Below, in pieces: positions 11,607-22,544 of a DNA stretch of 64,000 nt; position 1 is the first letter of the stretch; the number at the start of each line of letters is the position of its first letter. The stretch is from Candidatus Amesbacteria bacterium (GTDB lineage Bacteria; Patescibacteriota; Microgenomatia; CAZETR01; Amesbacteraceae). The position numbers and the translations under genes are program-made. The stretch is from the NCBI GenBank assembly GCA_963736875.1, contig CAVTQH010000004.1, forward strand, positions 1,793-65,792, given 5' to 3'. The notes under the pieces are model-generated. The model did not search any database and was not told the DNA's origin. It saw nothing but the letters and a program-made list of their open reading frames with translations.

Positions 11607-12705
11607 ATGTTAATCGGAATTGACGGTAACGAAGCCAATATTACCCACCGGGTCGGGGTAAATCAGTATGCTTTCGGACTGCTGCACGCCTTAAGCTTGG
11701 TTAAATCAAACCATAAATTTATCATTTATCTAAAAGCTCCCGCCCTTCCGGACATGCCGCCGGAGGCTGCCGGCTGGCAATACCGGATCATTCCCTTCCC
11801 CAAACTTTGGACGCAGATCCGTCTGCCTTGGGATTTGTATACCCATAAACCCAGACCCGACGTCTTTTTTTCTCCTTCACATTATGCCCCCCGCTGGTCA
11901 CCCGTACCCACGGTCATTTCGATTATGGACTTGGGCTTTTTACAGTCTCCCGGACAGTTTACAGCCAAAGACTTTAATCAATTAAAAAACTGGACGGCAT
12001 ATTCAGCCGGTCATGCAGCCAAAATCATCGCCATATCCGAATATCACCAAAAAGGATGTTCTGACAACTTATCATCGACTGCCCGCGGATGTAACCGTTA
12101 CTTACCCGGGTTACGATCCGGATCTTTTCAAACCCTCACCGGACATAAAAGTTTTAAAGCGTTTGCAGATTACCCAACCATATCTCTTATTTCTGGGCAG
12201 TCTCAAGCCCAGTAAAAACGTGGAAGGTTTAATTCGGGCCTTTGACCTTTTGGAAAATAAGAGTCTGCGTCTGGTTATCGCCGGAAAAAAAGCCTGGCTG
12301 TATGACAAAATATTCTCGCTCGTTCAGAGTTTAAACCTGTCCGACCGGATAATTTTTACCGGGTTTGTCCCCGATGCGGATGTTCCGGCTCTGATGAGCC
12401 AGGCTGAGGCCTTTGTCTTACCCAGTTTCTATGAAGGTTTCGGGATCCCCGTTCTGGAAGCCATGGCCTGCGGTACCCCGGTGGTAATTTCCCGGGTAGC
12501 CAGCCTGCCTGAAGTCGCCGGACCGGCCGGCATATACGTTAATCCGGACCAGCCTGATTCGATTGCCGAAGGAATCCGGAAAGCTTTAAAAAATAAGGAT
12601 AATTTAAGAAAACTCGGCCTCAATCAGGCTAAAATGTTTCAGTTGGGAAAAGACTGCCGGGCAGACTCTCAAAGTGTTGGAGTCTGTAAAAAAAGTGTAA
12701 AATAA
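11607..12705 (+). CDS. GT4-family glycosyltransferase (frameshift at A5 run near 12048)
   Basis: N-terminal ORF MLIGIDGNEANITHRVGVNQYAFGLLHAL. After the shift: TKKDVLTTYHRLPAD...EGFGIPVLEAMACGTPVVISRVASLPEVAG. Confidence 0.6.
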
Positions 12706-12709
12706 CACT

Positions 12710-13332
12710 ATGTTTGTTGATAAGAACGGCAATAAGCTTTCTTTTTCCCAAGCCTACCCCAAAATAATCAACCGGTTTCAACAGCTACGGGCTGGATTTT
12801 GCCCTGATGTGGATTCATTTATTTAACGACAATATTCCTTCCCACGGCTTCCGCAGATGGATATTCAGACTGGCCGGAGGCAGAATCGGGTCACGGATCA
12901 GCCATTCATATGGGAGCCCGATATTTCCAGCCATCCGGAATTCAAATAGGGGAGGATACGATAATCGGATACCGCTCATTTTTAGACGGCCGTGATGCTT
13001 TGAAAATCGGAAGTCATACGGATATCGCCTCTGAAGTGATGATTTATAACTCCGAACACGATATCAATGCCGAAGATTTTCATGCCACCACCGCTCCGGT
13101 TGAAATCGGGGACTACGTTTTTGTCGGCCCCCGGTCCATTATTCTTCCGGGAGTAAAAGTGGGTAATGGAGCCATAATTGCAGCCGGTGCGGTAGTTACA
13201 AAAAACGTGCCCGAATATACCATAGTCGGCGGAATTCCGGCCGTCTCCCATCGGTTTGCGGAAACGCACGGATCTCCACTATCATTTGGGCCGGGCCAGG
13301 CTTTTCCAGTAAAAAATGAGACAGGTATTTAA
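12710..13332 (+). CDS. hexapeptide-repeat (LbH) sugar O-acetyltransferase, >=2 apparent frameshifts
   Basis: ATG at 12710. ORF 12910-13332 contains [45 protein letters not shown] (left-handed beta-helix acetyltransferase). Upstream pieces lie in two other frames. Confidence 0.55.
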
Positions 13333-13820
13333 TATTCTCCTTTCATTTCTGCTGCTATTTACTATTTACTATTTATTGCTGCCTGCCCCCAACTTTCCCG
13401 CACCCCCGCCCGGATCCCTCAGATCAAATGAACCCGGGGACATGGAAAGCACCTATAGAAGGGCATATTTCACCAACTATTCCCGAAGCGATATTCTTAA
13501 ATATTACTCTCAGACTTTTAATTTAAAGATTCCGTTTCAGATCCTGCAAAATCACCCGCCGGAAGAAGCTCGCAAACGTGATCCGGGATCAGACAAAATC
13601 TTCCTGGCTTCAGGAACTGGTCCACCCCTGGCGGGAATCGCTTCTTATTAACGGCTTTTACCCCACCAAACCCACAGAACAGATAAATATCAACGGTGTC
13701 CACTACATCAGTAAAATTACTCTGCGCTATATCCCGTCCGCTCCGGTTACCAGCCTGACCGTATTGCTTTTAACATCGGTTTGCTGTTATTGGCTTTATA
13801 AAGAATATGCAAAAGTATAG
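13316..13820 (+). CDS. hypothetical protein with N-terminal TM (frameshift near 13600)
   Basis: ORF 13316-13651 (hydrophobic N-terminus, Pro-rich) continues in ORF 13578-13820. Confidence 0.25.
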
Positions 13821-15110
13821 TTATCTTCTGCTTGCCCTGATCATAATTTTAATTCCCCTGTATCCTAAATTTCCCCTGTTCGGTGTAACCGGAACTTTTG
13901 TCTCCGTCCGCCTTGAAGACATCGTCATAGCGGTACTTTTGGGCATCTACGGAATCAGTCTGTTAATTGCGTGTTTCCGGCCGCTGGGAAAACCTATTCC
14001 CCGGGCAATCATTCTTTACTGGTGTGTCGGTTTGGTGGCAGTCTTCTCGGGAATCTTTCTCACCAAAACCGCAACCATAAATCTGGGACTTCTGCATTTA
14101 TTCCGGCGCGTGGAATATATGTCTCTGTTTCTGATCGCCTTGATTGGCTGCAAAATCGGGCTCAATTGTCATTTTTAATAAAAACTCTGATTTTGGTTTC
14201 TTTTCTTGTAGCTATCTATGGCCTGGGCCAGCAATTTCTGCATTTTCCGGTGATTTCCACCACCAACAGCGAATATTCCAAAGGTTTGGCATTGGGTCTT
14301 GGTCCCGGAGCCCGGATAAACTCCACTTTCGGAGGCTCCTACGATCTGGCGGCTTTCTGCGTTTTCCCTCTGCTTTTATTAATCGCTCTTATTCCGGTGT
14401 CTGCCAAACGCTGGGTGCTGGTTGTAATCGGCGGGCTGGTTTACTGGGCAATGCTGTTATCGGCTTCCAGGGTTACTTTCGTCAGCTTTTTTATCAGCGC
14501 ATCACTTCTTCTGGTTTTGATCCGCAAAAAAATCTGGATCGCCCCCCTGGTGGTGGTATCAATTATCGGGGTATTGGTTTCACCCCAGCTTAAAGGCCGG
14601 TATCTGGAATTTATCACCAATCATCTGCGGATTTCTTATGTTTCTTCAGTTCATGCCCAAACAGCCACTGCCGAGAGCAAGGCGGTGGATGTGGTTCCCG
14701 ACGCTTTAAAACCTCCTCCCGTACCGGAAGACCGCTCGTTTAATATCAGGCTTCAGGTTGAATGGCCCAAAGCTGTCAGATCTTTTGTCAAAAATCCGCT
14801 TCTGGGAACGGGATTTTCCTCGGTCGGACTGGCCGTGGACAATGAATATTTACGCATCCTTGCCGAAACCGGGTTATTGGGATTTCTGGCTTTTGTCCTG
14901 ATTTTCATCCGTTTTTTCAAAACATCCCTTCCCACAGTCCTGCATTACACCCCTTCGATGGAATCGGCTTTTATTACAGCTGCCACCTGCGCAGTTTTCA
15001 GTTTGCTGGTTAGTTCGGTCTTTATTGATTATTTCACCGCCTCAAAAATTGCCCTGACTGCCTGGACACTAATCGGTTTGGCTGAAAAAGCCAAAACTTT
15101 TCAAACATGA
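13807..15110 (+). CDS. O-antigen ligase/polymerase-like (Wzy_C domain) membrane protein (frameshift near 14150)
   Basis: Polytopic. ORF 13971-15110 contains WAMLLSASRVTFVSF and a periplasmic loop followed by NPLLGTGF...DNEYLRILAETGLLGF, typical of WaaL/Wzy_C proteins. Confidence 0.5.
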
Positions 15111-16529
15111 ATAAATTAATAAATAAATTTCAATATCTGTTACTGTTCATATTGCTGATCGCAGGTTTTTGGGTCAGACTTTACCGGATTGACTATCCGC
15201 TGGCCGATTGGCATTCCTGGCGTCAGGCTGATACCAGCGCTGTAACCAGAAATTTTGTCAAACTCGGGGTGGATATTATGCATCCGAAATATGATGATTT
15301 CTCCGATGTTTCCGGAAAAGGTTTGTTAAATCCGGACGGCTTCCGGTTTGTGGAGTTCCCGATATACAACCTGATTCATTACTTTTTGTTTTCCTTATCC
15401 CGGCCTTTCGGTTCCCTCGAAGTCTGGGGTAGAATCACCACAATTTTTGCGGGACTGACATCTTCCGTGCTGCTGTATTTTATCGTCCGCCGCCGCACAA
15501 ATCCCCTGACCGGACTTCTGACTTCTTTTTTCTATTTATTCCTGCCTTTTAATATTTACTTTACCAGGGTGATCCTGCCCGATCCGCTGATGGTTACCCT
15601 GTATCTGGCTACTCTGAATTGTTTTGATGTCTGGACCAAAAATCAGAAATCCGCCTTTTTTATTCTTACGTCTTTATTCGGAGCCCTGGCGGTTCTGGTC
15701 AAACCCGCGGCTGTTTTTTTCCTGCTGCCGATCACCTGGTGGTTTTGGAAAAAATACGGATTAAAAATAATCAAAATGCCCCGGTTTCTGATTCTCCATT
15801 TGGCATTTGTAATTCCCTTCTCCGCCTGGAGATGGTGGTCATACCAATTTCCCCAGGGAATCCCCGCCAGCACCTGGTTATTTAACGGGGACCATATCCG
15901 TTTCAAACCCGCGTTCTGGCGCTGGCTTTTCGGGGAGCGGATCGGCAAGCTGATTCTGGGAGTGTGGGGATTGTTACCGCTGACAGCGGGACTGACCGGG
16001 ACTTCCCACTTTCTTCCCTGGGTGGGCAGTGCCTTGCTCTATCTATCCGTTTTTGCCACGGGTAACGTCCGGCACGATTACTACCAGATTCCCATTATTC
16101 CGGTAATCTGTATTCTGCTGGCCATCGGTACGGTTCATCTTCTCGGGCAGAAACTGATCAGCCGGGTACTGACGGTTTTTTGTATCGTCATGATGCTGGG
16201 AATGTCCTGGTATGACATCCGGGGGAATTTCAACGTCAATAATTGGGAAATGATCGAGGCGGGTAAGCGGGTGGACGAGATTACCCCCAAAGACGCCATA
16301 GTGGCGGCCCCTCTTAAACGGTGATACCGCATTTTTATATCAGACCAACCGCCGGGGATTTTCATATATCCCTTTTCCGATCAAAGATCTGATCGACCGT
16401 TATCACGTCACTTATTATGTTTCGGTTAATTACGACGATCAGACAAACGCCATTATGAAAAAATATACCGTGGTCGAACAAAATCCCAAGTTTGTCATCG
16501 TCAAACTGGTAGAACCCAAAAAGTTATGA
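15107..16529 (+). CDS. GT-C fold membrane glycosyltransferase (ArnT/PMT-like); C-terminus frameshifted near 16318
   Basis: N-terminal TM then loop WHSWRQADTSAVTRNF and many TM helices. After ...AAPLK the native tail continues in another frame (GDTAFLYQTNRRGFSYIPF...VEPKKL*). Confidence 0.55.
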
Positions 16530-17716
16530 AAATATTGATGCTCACTCCGTACCTGCCTTATCCGCTGCATTCCGGCGGGCAGACCCGCTCATATAATCTG
16601 ATCAAAAATCTGGCGAGAAACAATGAAATAACCCTATTTTCTTTTATTCGCCGTGAAGAGGAAAAAAAATATATTCCGGAGTTAAAAAAGTTTTGTCAAA
16701 GAGTCGAAGTCTTTAACCGCCGCCCGGCCTGGTCACCGATAAACATTTTACTTTCCGGTCTCACTTTTTATCCTTTTCTGGTTTGTATTTATCTCTCGAA
16801 AGATTTCCAGCAGGCAATCAAGCAGGCTCTTGAGACCGGAAAATTCGATCTGATCCATGCCGAAACTTTTTATGTCATGCCCAACATTCCCAAAACCAGA
16901 ACACCCACTATCCTGGTAGAGCAGACCATCGAATACATGGTTTATAAGCATTTTGTTGACGAATTCAAATTCAAAATTCTTACACCCCTGCTTTTATTTG
17001 ATGTTTTTAAAATTCGCTTCTGGGAGGCTTATTTTTGGGAGAAAGCCACTCGGGTGATTGCTGTTTCGGAATCCGATCTCAAGGAAATGCACAAACTGAA
17101 ACCGAAATTAAATATCGGAGTGGTTCCCAACGGTGTGGATTCCGACTGGTTTATTCAGGGAAATTTCGCCAAACCCCACCCGCCTACGGTACTGTATGTG
17201 GGAAATTTTAAATGGCTGCAAAATGTGGAAGCGGTTGAAATATTAATCAATCGTGTCTGGCCGATTATCAAATCCAAAAATCCGAAGGCTGTACTGCGGA
17301 TTGTCGGCAGGGGAATGGACAACCGGATTCACCACCTGAGAAATGATTCGATTGAGATAGATGAGACGGTTGATGATATCCGTCAGGCTTATCAAAACGC
17401 CAATCTGATTGTTACTCCGATTGAAGGACCGGGCGGTACCAGATTAAAAATATTAGAAGCTATGGCCTCCAGGGTACCTGTTGTGTCTACCAGTGTCGGT
17501 GTCGAAGGTTTGAAAGTGTCCAATGCCCGCGAAGTCTATATCAGCGACGATTATGAAAAAATGGGGGAAATTGCAGCCGGACTTTTAAAAAATCCCGGCA
17601 AAACCAGACAAGTCGCCGTCAGAGCTAATCAGTATGTGCTCTCAAATTACAGCTGGAAAGCCATTTCCGGACAGCTGGAAAAAATATATGAACAAGCCAA
17701 AAACCAAAACACCTGA
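16526..17716 (+). CDS. GT4-family glycosyltransferase
   Basis: Intact 396 aa. MKILMLTPYLPYPLHSGG...GGTRLKILEAMASRVPVVSTSVGVEGL. Confidence 0.7.
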   Translation: MKILMLTPYLPYPLHSGGQTRSYNLIKNLARNNEITLFSFIRREEEKKYIPELKKFCQRVEVFNRRPAWSPINILLSGLTFYPFLVCIYLSKDFQQAIKQALETGKFDLIHAETFYVMPNIPKTRTPTILVEQTIEYMVYKHFVDEFKFKILTPLLLFDVFKIRFWEAYFWEKATRVIAVSESDLKEMHKLKPKLNIGVVPNGVDSDWFIQGNFAKPHPPTVLYVGNFKWLQNVEAVEILINRVWPIIKSKNPKAVLRIVGRGMDNRIHHLRNDSIEIDETVDDIRQAYQNANLIVTPIEGPGGTRLKILEAMASRVPVVSTSVGVEGLKVSNAREVYISDDYEKMGEIAAGLLKNPGKTRQVAVRANQYVLSNYSWKAISGQLEKIYEQAKNQNT

Positions 17717-18596
17717 CCTGACTATCGTCATCCTAAGTTATAACGTCAGCCGGCTGCTTGAAAACTGTCTGGAGTCAATTTTTAAGGCCAAAACCAACAC
17801 CGATAATTGGCAGGTGGTGGTAGTTGATAATGCTTCAACGGATGATTCGGTCGCAATGGTTAGAAAAAACTTCCCGCAGGTCAGAATAATTGCCAATAAG
17901 AACAATCTTGGCTTTTCCGCCGGAAACAACGTGGCTTTAAAACAGGTAAAGACCGAATATTGTCTGCTTTTAAATCCCGATACGGAATTGTTCATCCCCA
18001 AACAATTCAGACAGTTTTGAAATATCTGGTGTCTCATCCCGATGTCGGGCGCCGCTACCTGCCGGGTGGAACTGCCGGACGGATCGCTGGATTATTCCTG
18101 TCACCGCCGGTTTCCAGATCCCTGGAATTCCTTTGTCTACTTTTTTACCGCTTTTGGTAAAAAATCCTCTTATGCCAATACTTCGGTATCTTCTCAAATT
18201 CACGAAATTGATGCTCTGACAGGGGCTTTTGCCATGATTAGGACAAATGTCGGTAAAAAACTTAACTGGCTGGATGAAGACTACTACTGGAACGGGGAAG
18301 ATCTGGATTTCTGCTACCGCCTGAAAAAGCTGGGTTTTAAGGTGATTTTTATTCCGGATGTAAAAATCACCCATTTCAAAGGTTCATCTTCCGGAATCTG
18401 GAACACCGGGAAATATCAAATTAGCACCGCTTCCAAAATCAGATCGGTAAATTCCGGAATCGATGCCATGCGGATTTTTTATGATAAGCATTTAGCAGCC
18501 AATTACCCTGCTTTTTTTAACCGGTTTATTTACCTGGGAATGTTTATTCTCAAGTCCTGGCGAATTGCAAAAATTTATTTAACCGGTGCGAAATGA
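17688..18596 (+). CDS. family 2 glycosyltransferase (WbbL-like), two apparent frameshifts (~18000 and ~18050)
   Basis: LTIVILSYNVSRLLENCLESI...VVDNASTDDS...NLGFSAGNN. A middle piece in a third frame reads TIQTVLKYLVSHPDVG, then AATCRVELPDGSLDYSCHRRFP. Confidence 0.55.
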
Positions 18597-19693
18597 AAAC
18601 CATTTGTATTGATGCCAGGTTATACGGGGTTGCCCATACCGGTATCGGCAGGTATGTCGAGAATCTGATCAGATATCTTCCTCGGTGATAAAAATACCCG
18701 GGTGGTGCTTAATCGTTTCACCCGAAAACCTGAACAATCCGGATATCGCACAATATCCCAGGTTTGCCGCCCGCTTTCATCCGTATTCACCCTGGGCTCA
18801 ATTTGAGATGTTGGGTCTCTGGCAAAAAATCCGTCCCGACTTGCTTCACGTTCCGCATTTCAGCATTCCGGTGCTTTGGCCGGGAAAAATTGTTATCACC
18901 ATCCACGATTTGATTAAACACTATTCCAAAGGAAGTGATACCACCACCCAAAACCCCGCCTTTTACTGGCTGAAATATTTGGGTTATTTGGCTGTTGTAA
19001 AAATTGCCGTGATTCGTGCCCGCCGGATAATCGTTCCGGCAAATTACTGGAAGCAGGAGTTGGTCCGACTTTATAAAATCCCGTCCGATCGGATTCAGGT
19101 TACTTATGAAGGCGTGGATTCCGGACTGAAAGCTTCTCCTCCGGACGAAAATTTTAATATTCAGAAACCTTTTGTTGTCTATACCGGAAATGTCTATCCC
19201 CACAAAAATATTCCGGTTCTGATTTCCGCCGTCAAGCTTTTAAACGGCCGGGTCAGGCTGGCTATAGTTTGCGCCCGGTCAATTTTTACCGCGCGTATCC
19301 AAAAAGTGATTGCCGATGCCGATGCCGGCCATCTGGTGACTTTTTTGGGCCGCCTCAAAGACTCTCAAATCGTCAGCTTATATTCGCAGGCTCTGGCATT
19401 CGTATTTCCGTCTCTGATAGAGGGTTTCGGCTTAACAGGTCTTGAGGCGATGGCATTAGGGCTACCCGTGATTGCTGCGAAATCCTCGTGCCTGCCCGAG
19501 ATTTATCAGGATGCCGCAATCTATTTTGATCCGCATAGTCCCGATGATCTGGCCAAAAAAATATCCCAATTGCTGGATAATCCGGCACTGCGGCAAAAAA
19601 CTTATTGAACGGGGTCTTGGGCAGGCAAAAAAGTATTCCTGGGCTAAAATGAGTAAACAAACATGGGAAATCTACCGTCACGCATTGCACTAG
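18593..19693 (+). CDS. GT4-family glycosyltransferase, frameshifts near 18675 and 19590 (A6 run)
   Basis: ATG at 18593 (MKTICIDARLYGVAHTGIGRYVENL). Body ORF 18685-19608 has EGFGLTGLEAMALGLPVIAA. The tail after the shift reads LIERGLGQAKKYSWAKM. Confidence 0.6.
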
Positions 19694-20815
19694 TTTATGA
19701 CCGGGTAAACAAATGGGGCGGAGCCGAGCGGGTGCTTCTCGCTTTGCATGAACTTTTTCCCCAGGCTCCGCTTTACACTTCAGTTTATGATCCTGACAAA
19801 GCTCCGTGGGCCAAGATTTTCCCCCGGGTGATCCCCAGTTTTCTTAATCGGATTCCTTTTGCCGGAAACCATCACGAACTGATCCCGTTTCTGACCCCGC
19901 TGGCTTTTGAAACTTTCGATTTCTCAAAGTTCGACGCCGTTATTTCCGTGACCAGCGCTGATGCCAAGGGGATTGTCACCCGGCCGGGTACTTTCCATTT
20001 TTGCTATTGTCTGACCCCCACCAGGTATCTTTGGAGTCATTACCCCGATTACTACCGTCAGATACCGGATTTATTAAAACCCTTTTCGCTTCCCTGGTTT
20101 AAATATTTAAAAAGCTGGGATTTGATTTCGTCCAGCCCGTCCTGATGTCTACGCTGCAATTTCCCGAACTGTACAGGAGAGGATCAAAAAGTATTACGGC
20201 CGGGAAAGCGACCTGATATATCCGCCCGTTAATACCGGATATTTTTCAGATACTGCCGGAGAAAAACCGCCCGGCACTCCGGACAAGTTCTTTCTTTATG
20301 TCGGCCGGCTGGTGTCATATAAAAATCCGGAATTGGTTATCTCGGCTTTTAATAAACTGAAAATTCCTTTGGTGGTGGTAGGCAAGGGCAGTGTTAATTG
20401 GGGAAATCCGCTGCTGTCTTTAAAAACCAAAACCCGGATTGGCTCAAATATCACTTTATTTGATTGGGTCAGTGATTCCCAAATGGCGTATTTGCTGCAC
20501 CACTGTCAGGCTCTTGTATATTTTAATGAAGAGGATTTCGGGATAGTCCCGGTCGAAGCCATGGCCTGCGGCAAACCGGTAATCGGAATAAATCGCGGGG
20601 GAGTAGCCGAAACGGTAATTGACGGGAAAACCGGCCTGCTCGCTGATTCGGATACCGAAGAAGCTCTGATTTCACTGATCAGAAATTTTGATCCGGCAAA
20701 ATTTGATCCCGGATTTATCAAAAAACAGGCCGCCAGGTTTTCGAAAGAGCGTTTCTTACAAAGATTTGCTAAAGTATTTACAGACCGGTGGACAAAATAC
20801 CAAAATAGTATTTAA
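19663..20815 (+). CDS. GT4-family glycosyltransferase, >=2 frameshifts (20130-20300)
   Basis: N-terminal ORF 19663-20145. C-terminal ORF 20312-20815 has PVEAMACGKPVIG. An intermediate frame connects them. Confidence 0.55.
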
Positions 20816-20821
20816 GAGTAT

Positions 20822-21875
20822 ATGAAATTTGTCATCATTTGCGGGGGTGTGGGGACAAAAATGTGGCCGGAAAGCCGGATCAAAAGCCCCAAGCATTTTC
20901 TGCCCTTAATAGGGGAGAAATCACTGTTTCAGGCCAACTGGGAAGTCCTGGCAAACAATTTTCCTCCGGAGGACATTTTTCTTCAGACCAATTCCCTGCA
21001 GGCGGAAATTGCCAAAATTCAGGCGGAAGGAATTATTGAACAAAACATTTTCATCGAACCCGAAATGCGGGACCAGGGACCGGCAACCGTATTTGCCGCC
21101 GCCATGCTTTATAAAAGAGGTTTCGCCGATGAGCCCTTTATGCTGGTACAGAGCCGATCTTTTAAGGCTTCCCGAGGAAGGCTTTATCAAAATGATCAGG
21201 CGGTTTGAGGAATTGGCCAAAAGTGAAGGCAAGCTGATGACCGGCTGCTACCGCCCCGAATTTACTATCAAAGGTGTGGATTATCTGATAACCGGAGACA
21301 AAGTATCCGATGCCGGAAATATAACTGTCTGGACGATGAAAGAATGGCTGGGCAGGGAGGAAATGGATAAAATTGAAGGTTACCTCAAAGAGGGCAAGGC
21401 TTTAAACCATTTCAACCATCTTTGCTGGACACCCAACAAATGGATGGCGGCCTTAAAAGCCATGAAACCCGAATGGTATGAACCCCTGACAAACATCATC
21501 AACGGGGCGGATGTGGCCACCGAGTATGCCAAAATGCCCAAAGGACCGATTGAGGAAATCACCAAAACTCTCTTAAAAGAGGGGTATATTATCGAACTGC
21601 CGTTTAAATGTGTGGACTTCGGAACCTGGGAAAGTCTGGACAAGTTTTATTCCGAAAATAAGAACGGATCCACTGACGAAAAAATCATGGCTATTGAATC
21701 CTCCGGAAACCTGGTCCGCAAACCGGCAGACAAAGTATTGGCTTTAATCGGCATCAAAGACACGGTTGTCATCGATACCGGTGATGCCCTTCTGATTTGC
21801 CCTAAAAAACTATCCGGAAATGTCAAAGAGATAACCACGATGCTTAAAGATAAAAATTTGACCGATTATTTATAA
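20822..21875 (+). CDS. manC: mannose-1-phosphate guanylyltransferase-like sugar nucleotidyltransferase (frameshift near 21135)
   Basis: N-terminus MKFVIICGGVGTKMWPESR...KHFLPL (nucleotidyltransferase G-x-G-T-R/K motif). C-terminal ORF 21009-21875 ends with a ManC-type domain (LIGIKDTVVIDTGDALLI). Confidence 0.6.
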
Positions 21876-21893
21876 ATCAGGTACAATCACTGC

Positions 21894-22544
21894 ATGCTGG
21901 ATTATCCCTTGATAAAGAGATTTCTGGATATCATCCTGGGTTCGGTCTTATTTCTGGTATTTTTCCCGATCGGAGTGATGGTCGCTATTGCCATTAAGTT
22001 TGAGTCTCCTGACGGGCCGGTATTCGTCGAATGGTCGGACAGGGTGGGTCAGGGCGGACGCATATTCCGCCTTTTAAAATTCCGTTCGATGATTCCCAAC
22101 GCCAGATATCTGCAGTTTCACGACCCGAAATATAAAAAATATTTAAAAGAATTCAAAAAAAACAGCTACAAATTAACCAATGACCCGCTGCGCACCCGGG
22201 TCGGCCGGTTCATCTGTAAATATTCTCTGGACGAAACTCCGCAATTTTTAAATGTATTAAAAGGTGATATGAGCCTGGTAGGTCCGAGACCTTATTATCC
22301 CGATGAATTAAGCGAACAGCGGCGCAAATATCCCAAATCCGAAAAATTAATCAGGACAGCCCTGACGGTCAAACCCGGGATCACCGGGCAGTGGCAGGTT
22401 TCCGGCAGAAGCGAGATCAATTTTGATAAAAGAATTGAAATGGATGCACACTATGCCACCCGCCTTTCCCTGTGGTATGATCTAAAAATTCTTAGTAAAA
22501 CTCCATACGTCATGCTTTGCGGAAAGGGCAGCGGAGTAAATTAA
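21894..22544 (+). CDS. polyprenyl-phosphate sugar-1-phosphate transferase (bacterial sugar transferase, WbaP/WcaJ C-domain type)
   Basis: 216 aa with one TM, then FRLLKFRSM...DETPQFLNVLKGDMSLVGPRP (PF02397 hallmark). Confidence 0.75.
   Translation: MLDYPLIKRFLDIILGSVLFLVFFPIGVMVAIAIKFESPDGPVFVEWSDRVGQGGRIFRLLKFRSMIPNARYLQFHDPKYKKYLKEFKKNSYKLTNDPLRTRVGRFICKYSLDETPQFLNVLKGDMSLVGPRPYYPDELSEQRRKYPKSEKLIRTALTVKPGITGQWQVSGRSEINFDKRIEMDAHYATRLSLWYDLKILSKTPYVMLCGKGSGVN

Noticed and set aside
3551-20815. Considered calling the frame-interrupted glycosyltransferase genes pseudogenes
   Set aside because: The same indel pattern affects essential genes (ftsI, ftsW, ftsA, ileS), so homopolymer sequencing error is more parsimonious. 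They are reported as CDS with apparent frameshifts.
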